From Octopus vulgaris (taxonomy: Eukaryota): a stretch of 64,000 nt of DNA. Of this stretch, positions 13,786 to 27,916 are shown in pieces. The notes under the pieces were generated by a model. The model worked only from the letters and a program-made list of their open reading frames with translations, did no database searches and had not been told where the DNA came from. The stretch lies in the NCBI GenBank assembly GCA_951406725.2, contig OX597830.1, forward strand, positions 28,644,001-28,708,000. The letters run 5' to 3'. A program made the translations under genes and the position numbers. Position 1 is the first letter of the stretch; each line of letters starts with the position of its first letter.

Positions 13786-14704
13786 TGGTAAACGATACCC
13801 ATGTTAGATACTAGTATGACATATTAATTAAAATCGCAAGAATGGCTAAAGCGTTCGAACATGTCTTGCGCTATTCCTTCTCGCTTCTTTTTGTTCAAAT
13901 CTCTGTGTCATGAATCCTGTTTTGGCATCCCTCTGTTGCCGAGAAAATGTACCACCGGTTAAGTACAGGGAGGTGTGGTATAGTTTGAACACTTCGCCCC
14001 AAATTGCTGGCATTTTTGCCTAAATTAAAAACAATTATACAATTCTTAATGCGTTGCAGTAACATTTTAAGAATTTCTTTGATCAAAAGTTCTAATGCAT
14101 TTTCAGTTTGCAGATGAAATTTCTTAATTTTAAACATAAATATAATTGCACATTTGTATAATAATAGATATTAGATTACAAGTGTATATTCTACACAAGA
14201 TCTGCATACAAAAGAAACTGATAGCTACTCCTTACTATAAGTGCAGAAACTTGTACTCCAAAATGAATTGCTTAATTCAACTACGGACATTATTTGTTGA
14301 TTCCTTGCAATTAATCAAACGAAACAGGGGATGGGTTCGATGACCCTTCATTAAATCAAGAAAACTTAATAGATATTCTTAAATATACTTCCGGGTGTAA
14401 AATTCGGTAAGATTAAATTGGAAGAGGTCTACATATAATTGAGACTTTAGTCTGCTACAGCTATATATAGTTGCGTGTGTTGTTCGAATTCACTAAACTG
14501 CGATCACTAATACAATAAATTTAAAACGTTAACACTGAATGTATTTGCGAGTGTTCTTTGATATAATAATAATTCATACCTAGCGTTTGGCTCGATATTA
14601 CATTACTATATGTGTTTGTATATGAATGCACATGCATAGATGTGTGTGTATATGCTGCGTGTGTGTGTGTGTATGTGTCGCTAAATATACCTACGAGTGT
14701 AGCC

Positions 14705-14886
14705 TGATATCATTAAATCGATATTGCTAAATTGATATCATTAAATATCACTGTGAGTGTGGTTTGTTATAACTAAACACAACTACAAACGTGACTCAAT
14801 GTCATTATGAAATTGGTATAATAATAACATCGATATTACAAAATTGATATCACAAAAGCTATATTACTAAAGTGATATTCCTAAAT
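14705..14886. repeat. 14-bp degenerate minisatellite in two blocks
   Basis: TGATATCATTAAAT/CGATATTGCTAAAT/TGATATCATTAAAT (14705-14746) and four more units at 14831-14886. Confidence 0.8.
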
Positions 14887-15300
14887 GTACTTTAGAGTGT
14901 AGATAGATAAATATCACTTATTTTTATTAGTTTGGTCTTAGAAGAAGGTTTGTGTCCTTGTTTCTCGAAGACCCTCAGAGATTAAAACGGCTAAATCATT
15001 ATCACTAACGGTTCCTTTGAGCGTTATTCAATAATGCCAACTCTGCTTTAGATATTTTAGATATAAGAATGCGGCCTTGCTGGAGCACAACCTCAAAGTG
15101 GTTAGTTGAGCAAATCGTCGGCAATACTTGTGTTTTCTGACAGTCGTTCGGTTTCTTTAACGGAATTACAGAGTTACGGGAATGTAAACACATCATCACT
15201 TGATGAAAAGTGGAAAGAGCACAAAAAACGTTCGCAGACACGTATACATATGTATGTATGTATGTGTATATATACATACACAAACATACATACATACACA

Positions 15301-15375
<75 letters not shown>

Positions 15376-15519
15376 GAACACAAAAATGCGACTGATTTCC
15401 TTGCAACTATTGTCTAGCGAATTTATACATAACATATTGGCCCGCCCCGGCTGTTGTAGATATCAATTGCTCAATGAGCTGAGTAATCGTTATGATTGAC
15501 GAAATAGGAATTTGATATC

Positions 15520-15676
15520 TGTAAAGCAATTGACAGGTACTTTGTTTCACCGACCCTGGAAGAATGAAGGGGCAAATTTGACCTCGGTGGATTTTAAACT
15601 CAGAATGTAAAGATTAGTTAGTCTTGCCGCTAAACGTTTTGTCTCATGTGCTAACAATTCTTGCAGATCGCTGCCA
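15520..15676 (-). mobile_element. SINE group M, diverged
   Basis: CGACCCTGGAAGAATGAAGGGGCAAATTTGACCTCGG..AACTCAGAA core. Confidence 0.7.
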
Positions 15677-15721
<45 letters not shown>

Positions 15722-15725
15722 CATC

Positions 15726-15811
<86 letters not shown>

Positions 15812-15815
15812 CATC

Positions 15816-15857
<42 letters not shown>

Positions 15858-15870
15858 ATTATTATTATTA

Positions 15871-15938
<68 letters not shown>
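15677..15938. repeat. (ATT)n array
   Basis: Direct reading; ATCATCTTT interruptions at 15720 and 15810. Confidence 0.95.
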
Positions 15939-15940
<2 letters not shown>

Positions 15941-16524
15941 GCCTCTTACCACATAACCACTCCTGCGCCTATGACAACCGGTGTGTTTATGTTCGGTTCT
16001 CTGAATTTAGCAATTCAGCAACAGACAGAATAAATCGCTAGCCTAAAGAAAAAAAAAGAGAGAGAGATTGATAGATAGATCTGTGGGTACACATAACGTT
16101 CTGAAAAACATTACATTGTCTCGATGTTCCCGTCACTATTATTCCAAGGTCTGAGAAGGAAGTGAGCTGATAGAACACTTATTTCTTACCGACATTTCGT
16201 CGTCTGTGTGTTCTGGGCTTAAATTCCGTCGACGTTGACCTTGCTTTTCAACTTGTCAGCGTCAACAAAATAAGTACCAGATTGGGGTAAATGTTGTCGA
16301 CATACTCCTTCTTCTGAGCTGGTTAGCTTTTTGCAAAGATATGAATCCATTATTTCGTGGTCTGACTGCAATACCTAGACTAGTATGACCGTTGTAAAAA
16401 TTAATGTCAGGCATTTGTTCCCTGTGTTGCCGTCCTGCTGAATTTAATCTTGTCTTTCGTTCCAGCGAAGTCTGTAAAGAAAGTACGCCCTAATGCGTCG
16501 ATGAGATAATCTAAGTCTTCTTGC

Positions 16525-16738
16525 TAATCTGTTCTACTCTAGGCACAAGGCCCGAAATTTTTGGGGAGGGAGCCAGTCGATTAGATCAACGCCGGTACGC
16601 AAATGGTATTTAATTTATCATTCTCGACAGGATGTAAGGCAAAGTCGACCTCGGTGAAATTTGAACTCAGAACGTAAAGACAGACGAAATACCTTCGTTC
16701 CGCCCGGCGCGCTAACGTTCCTGCTAGCGCGCTGCCTT
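16525..16738 (-). mobile_element. SINE group M, full length, short-tail variant
   Basis: CTACTCTAGGCACAAGGCCCGAAATTT tail, core, and head ending GCTGCCTT. Confidence 0.85.
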
Positions 16739-16946
16739 ATACATATACTATATTGAAAAAAAAAAAAAAGAAGAAGAAAATCCAAGCTATGTTTAGTATT
16801 AACCTAAATCACTTAATTGTATACATAGAGACCTGCAGAGATACAAGGTGATAAGCCAGTAGAATCGTTAATACGTTGGGAATATATTTACTATCATTTC
16901 TTCCATCTCTTTACGTTCTAGTTCAACTTTCATCAATCAATGAATA

Positions 16947-17161
16947 AAATACCTATTTCTTTACTACCCACAAGGGGCGAAACACAGAGGGGACAAACTA
17001 GGACAGACAAACGGATTAAGTCGATTATATCGACCCCAGTGCGTAACTGTTACTTAATTAAAGTCAACCTCGGCGGAATTTGAACTCAGTATGTAACGTC
17101 AGACGAAATACGGCTACGCATTTCGCCCGCCGTGCTAACGTTTCTGCCAGCTCGCCGCCTT
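16947..17161 (-). mobile_element. SINE group M with internal deletion
   Basis: Matches 17254-17487 but lacks the TCGACCCCGAAAGGATGAAAGG segment. Confidence 0.85.
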
Positions 17162-17236
17162 TTAAACTCACCGCTAGGAACCGAACTCATGATCTTACGA
17201 TCGCAAGTCGAATATCCTTATTACTAAGCCACGCAT

Positions 17237-17487
17237 AACGGCAGACGAAATACTTATTTCTGTACTACCCACAAGGGGCTGAACACAGAGGGGACAAACA
17301 AGAACAGACTAACGGATTAAGTCGATTACATCGACTCCAGTGCGTAACTGGTACTTAATTTATCGACCCCGAAAGGATAAAAGAGAAAGCCGAACTCGGC
17401 GGAATTTGAACTCAGAACGTAAAGGCAGACGAAATACTGCTAAGCATTCCACCCGGCGTGCTAACGTTTCTGCCAGCTCGCCGCCTT
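17237..17487 (-). mobile_element. SINE group M, full length, long-tail variant
   Basis: High identity to 44880-45110. Confidence 0.9.
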
Positions 17488-18379
17488 GCATATTACACGT
17501 AATATTTTCTCCCTGCATTCATATCATTTATCAACTATGCAATGCACAAAGATATTTGTTTTCAGGAGGAATTTTTCTCTATGTGTAATAGGCATGGAAA
17601 AATATTTGCGAGAATTTCGAACACATTTCCAAAGTAACCTTTATTTTATAACAATTCCGGTGACATGAAATTTAAAATTTGAGTCATGCTGAGTTTGAAC
17701 TCAGAACGTGAGTTACATCGGAAAGAAGCTAACTCGCTTCTCTACCGATTATCTTCGCTGCTATCAACATATTAATGTACTTCTGAATCCATGTTACCAC
17801 CTACATATGCATTCTAAGTACCTACTTATCTTTACATTAATACTTAGATATATATATACGCATCTTTTTTTTCGCTTACATATATACGTATGTATGTATG
17901 TGTGTGTCTCTGAGTGTATGTGTGTTTGTGTGAATGTATATGTATGTAACTGCCTGTTAATATATATGCATATGTACATACATGCATACGTGTGTGTGCA
18001 TATCTATGTGTGTATGCATAATTCAATTATCCTTTATATTACAGCATAAGACTTTAATACAGTTGTTGTTATTTGCTACGTTAATCTGTAAAAAAAACTG
18101 TCCTCACGTAATCCTAACATTTCATTAAAAACATACCTCGTAGTTGATTTAATGTAATACAAAAAATATCCATATGCTCCAGTACGTTTCTAAATTAATT
18201 TTTGGTTGCCTAGATATGCTACTGCATTGGTGCTGTGCAGCGGTTAATTGATGCTCTCAGTATCCATTCATGGAAAACTGAACAGAACGCGATGAACCTG
18301 AATATATATTGCATTTATTTTGATTTCTAGAATGTTACCACCATCACATGATTAACTTCCTTAGCCATGAGAGGAGCTT

Positions 18380-18582
18380 AATGCATATGACAGAATCATT
18401 AGCACGCCGGGCAAAATGCTTAGCGGCATTTCGTCCGTCTTTAAATTCTCAGTACAAATTCCATCAAAGTTGCCTTTCATCCTTTCGAGGTCGATAAAGC
18501 AAGTATCAGTTGAACACTGTGCTCGATATAATCGAATTACCCCCATTCCAGAACTTTCTGGCCTTGTACCAAAATGTGTAGC
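18380..18582 (+). mobile_element. SINE group M
   Basis: CAGAATCATTAGCACGCCGGGCAAAATGCTTAGCGG..TTGCCTTTCATCCTTTCGAGGTCGATAAA. Confidence 0.8.
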
Positions 18583-18642
18583 CAATTTCTAATCCTTTTT
18601 ATGAGCAAAAAGACTTGATTACATCAACTCCAATGCGAGCCT

Positions 18643-19045
18643 ACTCTTTACTCTTTTACTCTTTTACTTCTTTCAGTCATTTGACTGGCCATGCTGGAGT
18701 ACCGCCTGTAGTCGAGCAAATCGACCCCAGGACTTATTCTTTGTAAGCCTAATACTTATTCTATCGGTCTTTTTGCCGAACCGCTAAGTTACAGGGACGT
18801 AAACACACCAGCACCGGTTGTGAAGCGATGTTGGGGGGGGGGGGCGACAAGCATACACACACACATACATATACATATATACGACGAGCTTCTTTGAATT
18901 TCCGTCTACCAAATCCACTCACAAGGCTTTGGTCGGCCCGAGTCTATAGTAGAAGACCCTTGCCCAAGGTGCCACGTAGTGGGACTGAACCCGGAACCAT
19001 ATGGTTGGTAAGCAGTCTACTTACCACACAGCCACTCCTACGCCT
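18643..19045 (-). mobile_element. SINE group C, full length, with GTAAAAGA-repeat tail
   Basis: Complete head to tail; tail reads TACTCTTT(T) repeats on +. Confidence 0.9.
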
Positions 19046-19049
19046 ACTA

Positions 19050-19557
19050 GGTAAAACTCAAAGTTATCTTCTTGAATCATACCGATTCAGAAGAGTCGGT
19101 TTCCCGGTTTCAATCCGTATCAGTTACGCATCTAGATGGGACGCTACTCCGTCGCAGGGTTATTCATTTTTTCCAGCTGAGTGGAGCGGAACAACGTGAA
19201 ATGGAGTGCTTTTTGCTGAAAAACACAATGCGTCGCCCGGTCCAGGAATCGAAACCACGATGAGTTCAATATCTTAAACACTAAACCACGCGTCTCAACT
19301 AAAACACAAAGTTAACTCCTCGAGTCATATTGACTCATAAGTGCCGGTTTTGCAGTTTACATGGCGTCTATACTCCCTACCTGGATGGGACGCCGGTCCG
19401 TCGCAGGATTACTCATTTGTGCCACCTGAGTGGACTGGAATCACGTGAAATGAAATGTTTTGCTCAATAACACAACGCGTCACCCGGTCCAGGGATCGAA
19501 ATAACACTCTTATGATCATGATTCCCACACACTAACCACTAAGCCACGCGCCTCCAC
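19050..19557 (-). mobile_element. Two tandem tRNA-headed SINEs, group K (body B plus tail Y)
   Basis: Copies at about 19050-19297 and 19300-19557 share GGGACGC..TCCGTCGCAGG..CTGAGTGGA..CGTGAAATG..TTTTGCT..AACACAA..CCCGGTCCAGG..ATCGAAA..CACTAA.CCACGCG. Confidence 0.85.
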
Positions 19558-20155
19558 TGCGAGACTGGTACTTATTTCTTCAACCTCGAAAAAATAAAAG
19601 GCAGACTCTATTTCGGTAGAATTTCAACTCAGGATCTGAAGAGAGTCGAAAAACCGCAGAGCGTCTTATTCAGCGTGTCAACGGTACTGCCAACTCGTCA
19701 CCGTGGAATCGGAATCCTGATATATAATGAATCCTTTCTAGTATGGCTGCGCAAAATTCAACGAAAGACTGTCAAGTCTCTCTCAGTTTCCAACACTATG
19801 TCTTGAAAAAGGGAGATATGTTGAAGAATTTGTTCTTAAAAACTGCATATCTTTAAGAAAAGGATGAAATCATTACACATACAAAGCATTTCACAGTAGG
19901 ATTTCTGGCTCAGATCTTATCTGGAGTTACAAAACAGTCAGTTGCTTTTTGGTTGCTCACGTGTGTACATTCTCACCCATTGGTCTCAACAAGGTTTATT
20001 ATTACTTTTTTTCCTTCAGTAAATTCATATATCCTTTCACCCACTAATTCAGAAATACAAAAAGGCACGTAATCGAAAATCGCATGACGGCCTTACGCAG
20101 TCACAAACGAAGCTCAAACTTAGAGTAGAAGAGACTGACTCTATGATGATAATAA

Positions 20156-20218
<63 letters not shown>

Positions 20219-20284
20219 AAGAAGAAGAAGAAGGAGGAGGAGGAAGAGGAGGAATTGGAGGTGGAGGAGGAAGCCTAAAATGTG

Positions 20285-20460
20285 TGGAGAGGGGACTAGT
20301 CAATTACATCGACCCTAGTGTTGTACTGGTACTTAATTCAGCGACCTAGAAAGGATGAAAGACGAAGTCTACCTCGGAGGAATTTGATCTCAGAGCGTAG
20401 CAACGGACGAAATGCTTAACAGCATTTCGTCCAACGTGTTAACCATTCTGCCAGCTCACC
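20285..20460 (-). mobile_element. SINE group M next to (TAA)n(GAA)n
   Basis: CGACCTAGAAAGGATGAAAGACGAAGTCTACCTCGG core; head ..CTGCCAGCTCACC. Confidence 0.8.
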
Positions 20461-20559
20461 AATGTCGTTTTGTTTCCAACAAGGTGAAGGACGAGGGGAC
20501 AATGCAAAAGCAGATAAGACGTATAGGGCTTCATATATAAAGAAATGCAAATATATATA

Positions 20560-20638
<79 letters not shown>

Positions 20639-20689
20639 ATATGTATACATGTATATATGTACGCATGTATATAAACAATTTCCTCGAGT

Positions 20690-21960
20690 TACATGCATGT
20701 AATTCCCTTTTAGTTCAAGTTATTTCAAGTTTCATGGGAAAAAAACAGCAGAGTTTCAGAAATAGACAGGACAGAATTTCAAAGAAACTGAAACGTATTC
20801 TGGTGCGAGTATTTAGTCCACTATTGTTCAGTTCAGGGCACGTGATATCTTTTACTCTTTTACAGTTATACCAACCAATACGGGGAAGTCAAGGTAATGC
20901 AGCAGACAGGATGTTGGCAATTTGTCGGTATTCTTTCAGAATGTGATACTCAGCGACATCAGCTGAAAATTAACATTTTCAGGTGTTTCCATTTGAGAAT
21001 TTAGGTGTTAGGGCAGACAGACAAAATACTAGTGTTAAGTTTGTTTTCTTTCTCTGCAGTATTTCAGCGACAACTGCTACCAGGGGGGGGGAGTAACTGA
21101 TTCCATAGTGTCAAGTTATTTATATCAGTTAGTGTGGCCGACATGTGCTATAGTCAGCCTTATTCTCTATGCGCAGCAGGGATTATATACCCTGCGAATT
21201 GGCATGGATCTGCTACACCTTAGGTGGTATTTAAAAGCAGGTAATGTCTTAAAATTCACGAACAGATAACTTTTATATGAGTACAGTAATACAGGAGCAT
21301 TTTCGCATTGATGGACAGTGTAAGGTATATTATGTGCATTGAGGAATATTTGACAATTACGAGTTCGGGTGAGTGAAAGCAAGTTCTCTGAATGGTCTTC
21401 GAATCTCGAGATATAGCAGTGCAGTTAGGTGAAGTTTTCCTTTTCCCTGCACTTAAAGGAATGCATGTGGTAGGTGTAATCCCTCTTAAACTTCTTGACA
21501 GTTTTGACTGTGTACTGTCTTGTGATACCATCGCATAGTGTGAAAGTAGCTCTATACATCATATCACTTGAGTAACAGGATCATACCAACGAACATTGTA
21601 GGCTTTCGGCACTTACAGTTAGGAATATTGTACGATGAATATAGTGTGGATACATATTTGTGTCTCTTGTACCTTGCAACATTATCTAAGCTTGGCGTTT
21701 TGGAGTTAAAGACTATGATATTTATAGATTGTTTTGAAATGCTTTGTTTTTACTTTGTTTTTATCTTGATACCTCCCGTATATAATAGGGGTAATATCTA
21801 GATTGGCATTGTCATTCGTGTAAGCTGGGATGACTATTATTTCTGCGAATATCAATAGTTTTCGAGTTGGGATTTGTGTAAGGATGGATTGTTTGTCTTG
21901 AGTCCTTCGGTTACTCCCGGAAAATAGAAGCTTATCTACATGTAAACTTAGCAGTTATGA
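20690..21960 (-). mobile_element. Penelope-like element relic with GIY-YIG endonuclease pseudogene
   Basis: Minus, about 21620-21390: NCKCRKP / QCSLV*SCYSSDMMYRATFTLCDGITRQYTVKTVKKFKRDYTYHMHSFKCREKENFT*LHCYISRF matches the PLE consensus CNCR..CPL.G.C....VY.A......YIG.T...FK.RY..H..SF.....N.T.LS.YIW. Outer boundaries approximate; 3' side ends at (TA)n. Confidence 0.8.
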
Positions 21961-22814
21961 TTAGGTCAGTAAATATATATAAAATTATTCTTGTAATTAT
22001 CTAAAGGTCATACAGACTATGCACTGTGGATGTCAGGTAGAAATATGTAAGACAAACATGTCAACAATTTAACATAAATTGTTATGAATTGCATGTTTAA
22101 CTGGAGACAGTACAAGAATGTGTAAATTAACGAATGCAGAATAGACCGACCGAATAAAATAATTAACATAAAATTATGAGCACTGCGGTCAATTTGTTCG
22201 ACGAAATACCTCAGAATAGTGTACCAGATTGGCCGTTTTCCAATGACTGGAGCAAGCAAAAGATAAAAAGGACTTACGTTAAATGATAATAAAATGTTTA
22301 TAAATATTTGTACACGTGTATGTATATATATATATTATATATATGTAGTAAACACATACCTAGACATACATATACATACTAATACAAAGTAATTTAAGGG
22401 AATATTTCTCTCACATTTTTCAATTGCATGTGTATGTTTTCGTTATTTATCAGACATTATATTAAATGAACATGTATAGATCATTGATGATTGTGTGATA
22501 TTCAGATCTGTCATCTCGTGATTCTCACGGTGTATGTTTTCATCATTCGGAAAATACATACGATGAGGTATACGGGGATATGGAACTAAATAAGGGGGAC
22601 AATCAAAAGACCGTATTTTTCATTCTGTATTTGTTATATTTAACGCTTATCAGCATACACATGTAGTATCCCACGAAAATCATGAGTTTAATAACGTAAA
22701 TATACGTTCAACAAAGAAGCAGTACATTTATACACACTCGCACACACATATACACATACACATACACATATATGTTTATATATATATATATCTATATATA
22801 TGTGTGTGTGTGTG

Positions 22815-22855
<41 letters not shown>

Positions 22856-22908
22856 GTATATATATATGTATATATATATGTATATGTGCGTGTGTATATA
22901 TATTTATG

Positions 22909-22943
<35 letters not shown>

Positions 22944-23386
22944 CATATATAGATGCAGGAATAAACATATACATTCAAAAGCAAATTTACATGCATAAAC
23001 AAATGTACATGCATATATGAAGATATAAAGTCAGAGGTTCTCCCATGTAACAAAAACAAAAAAAACTATATATGCGCATACCACATGGTTACAAACATTA
23101 TCTCCTCTGACGTCACGTCAGTCCATTTCAGCCCGATTGACTCCACAAAGTCCAGTGAAGCTAAAACCGGGCTCATCACATTTTTGAGAATGTTTGCAGG
23201 CAAACAGACCGACTAAAACATATATATATATATTACAGAAAACAGAACATACTTGACAACCACACGATATAGAGTAATTACATAGAAAAACATTAAAAAA
23301 AATTACGTACAAGCAGAGCAAACGATATATAGAAAGGTAAACGCGTGTATATGTGTGTATGCGTGTATGTGTACGTGTGTGTATGT

Positions 23387-23450
<64 letters not shown>

Positions 23451-23570
23451 TTATATGCGTGATGAAAGCATCCGCAATGAACGAGAGAAATTCTTGCACT
23501 AACCTATTACGATACTGAGCATGCAAGGACATAAACAATGCACACACACAACAGACATATACACACACAT

Positions 23571-23651
<81 letters not shown>

Positions 23652-23949
23652 AGTACACACACATATATATATATATATATACGTACATGTATGTATGTAT
23701 GCGTCTGTATGTGTGTTTATGTATGTAGTTATGTATGTGTGTATCACCGGTACACAATATAGATGGCTTTTTTGATGTAATGCAGAAGCTGGGTGCTTGA
23801 AAGAACCTATGTATTTTCATTCATTAATCATAGAAACACACGCACTTTCAAGTATGCACACATGAAACACTCATACACACACGCGCGGAGGCATACACTC
23901 ACCCGCACATATGTGATAACATACACTTGCATAAGCATATATATATATA

Positions 23950-24001
<52 letters not shown>

Positions 24002-24464
24002 TACATATATATATATATACACGTATATATATACATATATATACTTCTATGTACGTGTATAGCGTAACAACCAACAATATAATATTTTTTCACACTGTAT
24101 TTGTCGTCTGTGAGTATTTTTTTTAAACTATTTATGTATATATTTATTCATTTATATATTAATAATTTGTTGATGTAAATCGAGATTCAGCTTTGTCTCT
24201 TTGATCAGAGAATGAGGCATTTATGATCTATAACCACATACGCCCCACTCCTTTTGCAACATCAATAAAACTTCGCAATCCTAAAATACATGTAGACATG
24301 TAAAAGGTCGTCACAATAGAAGGTCCTCTTACCATCATTGTCAACTTTGCTATTACTGTTTCTCTGTTGTGAGACACTCTGCTCTGATTGTATTGTCTCT
24401 CTGCCTGCCTCTTTCGTTTTTTCTACATGCTTGTACGATCTATATGTGCACCAATCTTTGAGAC

Positions 24465-24473
24465 TATCTATTC

Positions 24474-24542
<69 letters not shown>

Positions 24543-24672
24543 CCTATCTATCTCTACCTATCTGTCTGTTTATCTATCTATTTATCAATCAATTTATCTA
24601 TATATCTATCTACCTATTTATCTCTACCTATCTGTCTATCTATCTACCTATCTACCTATCTATCTATCTATT
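24465..24672. repeat. (TATC)n array
   Basis: Direct reading. Confidence 0.95.
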
Positions 24673-24949
24673 TATGTTCCAGGTATGTTTGTGAGTGAGT
24701 GTGAAATTATGTGTGTGTCTGTTTCAGTGTGTGCCTAATATTTGTTTTCATGCTTAGTTATCATAAAAGTAATTTCACAATATTGTGATGGGTCGCTCTA
24801 TTCCCTTGTAAAGTACACATTTTTCTTCTTCAAGAAAGATGCTATTGATAGTGACTTCGAAGCCATTATCAGACAGGTCACTATAGCTTCGCTGACCGAA
24901 ACTTCCAAATATTTCCTTAAGAATAATACATATATGTGTATGTAGGAAT

Positions 24950-25054
24950 GTATCTATGTATGTGCGTATATATGTAGGCATACATAATATATGTATATAT
25001 GTGTGCATGCATGTCAGCGCGCATGTGTGTGTATGTATATATATACACATGTAC

Positions 25055-25124
<70 letters not shown>

Positions 25125-25274
25125 GTGTGTGTTTGTGTGTATATTTAAGTCACAATATGTGTATTCAACTAATCCGGTAGTGCTCATAAATAAAACTCCT
25201 TAATGTATCATTGTACAAACCATATAGAATATACAGGAATATACAAGCGGAAAAGATAAGGAGTATATATGTGA

Positions 25275-25355
<81 letters not shown>

Positions 25356-25426
25356 ACATTATATATATACATATATATATACATATATACATACATATAC
25401 ATATATATATATACATATGTATAGAC

Positions 25427-25484
<58 letters not shown>

Positions 25485-25671
25485 TATGTATATATATTTA
25501 TTTATTTATTTATTTATACACTCACCCAGTCACGCAAATATATGTGATCATGCAGCTGTAGCTATTTATATATCAATATATGCATATATATACATATTTA
25601 TATATATATATATATATATATAAAAATATATATGCACACACAAACACATCTAAATACATATATATTTATAC

Positions 25672-25704
<33 letters not shown>

Positions 25705-25708
25705 TGTA

Positions 25709-25739
<31 letters not shown>

Positions 25740-25785
25740 AAATATACTTATATATGTATAAATATATACGTACTTAGATGTGTTA

Positions 25786-25825
<40 letters not shown>
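24950..25825. repeat. Large compound (TA)n field
   Basis: Direct reading. Confidence 0.95.
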
Positions 25826-25826
<1 letters not shown>

Positions 25827-26275
25827 AGCAGGAAAATCTGTAGTGGTCTGATCCTCTATCTTACTATGGATATGGCTACAAAATTATCGTTGTACGTATA
25901 CCTTTATCTCTTTATAAATCAATGAATCAATCACGTTTGATTTTTCTCCCTCCTACCTTTCTTCCCCTCATTTTCTGTTCCTCCCGCTCTTCTTTTATCA
26001 TTCACTATGTCTCCGTCTGTCTCTCTCCCCCCCTTCTCTCTCTCTCTCTGTCTTTGACTATCTCTATCTTTTTCTGTATGTACATACATACGAAAAGTAT
26101 GAACATAAGTTATAATGGCAGAAATGAAATTCACAAAGCATATCATCATTCTTTTATTCGAACCATGAGTTCACTCACAGTTAATAAATATAAGTGCAGT
26201 ACAGCTAATTAGAAATATGTCTGGTATATGAGTAATCTATATGATATATATATATATATATGTGTGTATATATAC

Positions 26276-26328
<53 letters not shown>

Positions 26329-26993
26329 ATTTATGAATCACAATATACTGTAACACCTCAATTGGTCTATGTTCAGGCTTGGGAATAACTTTCTGGTGAA
26401 TACTTACATGTACGGACGCATGCAAGATTTTCTTTTTTTTTTTTTTTTTTGGCGCTGTACTGATGGGAAAGGCCATCCATTTGGGGACAAACAGATTCGA
26501 ACCAGTCCTTTGACCGTCTCATTCAAAATGAAGGGAAACACAACATAATGCATTACAACATAAGGAAAACGCAACATAAGGCATCATACACTGGTCTCTA
26601 ACATTTCGGATATTCAACCACAGTGGAAATATATATTTTCGTTGATGCCAAACGGTGTATTCGAAACGGCGTTGTGGCAAAGAAATTATATCTAATAATA
26701 TCGTCTGTTGATTACATTATGTGTCACGCTTGTTAAGACTCATATTTCGAACCATTGCTCTTGTCTGATCTACGAGACATTTCTGCAACAATGGACGTTT
26801 TCTGAAGGTTCTTATCCGAGAGAGTAGACAGCCAAGATTTTGTGTTCCATGCTGCATTCGATATATACAGATTCCCTACCGATGCTGGCTTACATTACAC
26901 CCCCACATACACACACACACACTCGCGTGGTCTCTCTCTCTCTCCCCATCTCTCCCTCTCTCTCCCTCTCACAGCTTTTATATGCATATATAC

Positions 26994-27043
<50 letters not shown>

Positions 27044-27170
27044 TTATGGATATATACGTATATATGGATATTTGTGTATATATATGTACAAATATAAATG
27101 AATGTCTATATAGTATGTATGTATAGAAAATATAATATGATTTAATATAATATATATGTGTGTTTGTGTG

Positions 27171-27256
<86 letters not shown>

Positions 27257-27826
27257 TGTATTTATGCGTATATACGAGAATGTAAAACACGCACAAAATA
27301 TTTAATTCAATTACAATAGTAAATAAGATGTTATGAAATTTTTACATTTATGAGAGTCAGCAGCAAAGAGGTTTCATTTATATTTATTCATATCCACCCT
27401 ACATCAAATACATGGCTTTCATTTTTAATTCACACAGGCTATATATAACAGAAGCCATCACTGGTACAAAAACATGCACTAACAATCACACACATAGGCA
27501 CACCAATACACCACAATACACAATTACACACACACATACACTCATGCACCCACATGTGCACACAGACACTCATATATATATATATATACATACATACATA
27601 CATAATACGTACACACACACACATCTATATGTATACCAATGCGCATGAATGGAATGGATGTATAATTAATTCGAAGAATGAATCAGATTTTAATAAAAAT
27701 CTTTTCCCATCTATAAGGGTAAGCTTCAAAGAGGGTGTACAGAATTCATAATACCAACCCTAATTCAAATATATAGCTTTAATTTCTCCATTGAATGTTC
27801 TCAATACAAGTACCAGGATTCAGCCG

Positions 27827-27916
<90 letters not shown>

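Noticed and set aside
13800-14140. Possible transposase fragment (ORF 13895..14137)
   Set aside because: Only vague resemblance to Harbinger- or P-type motifs; cannot be supported by eye.
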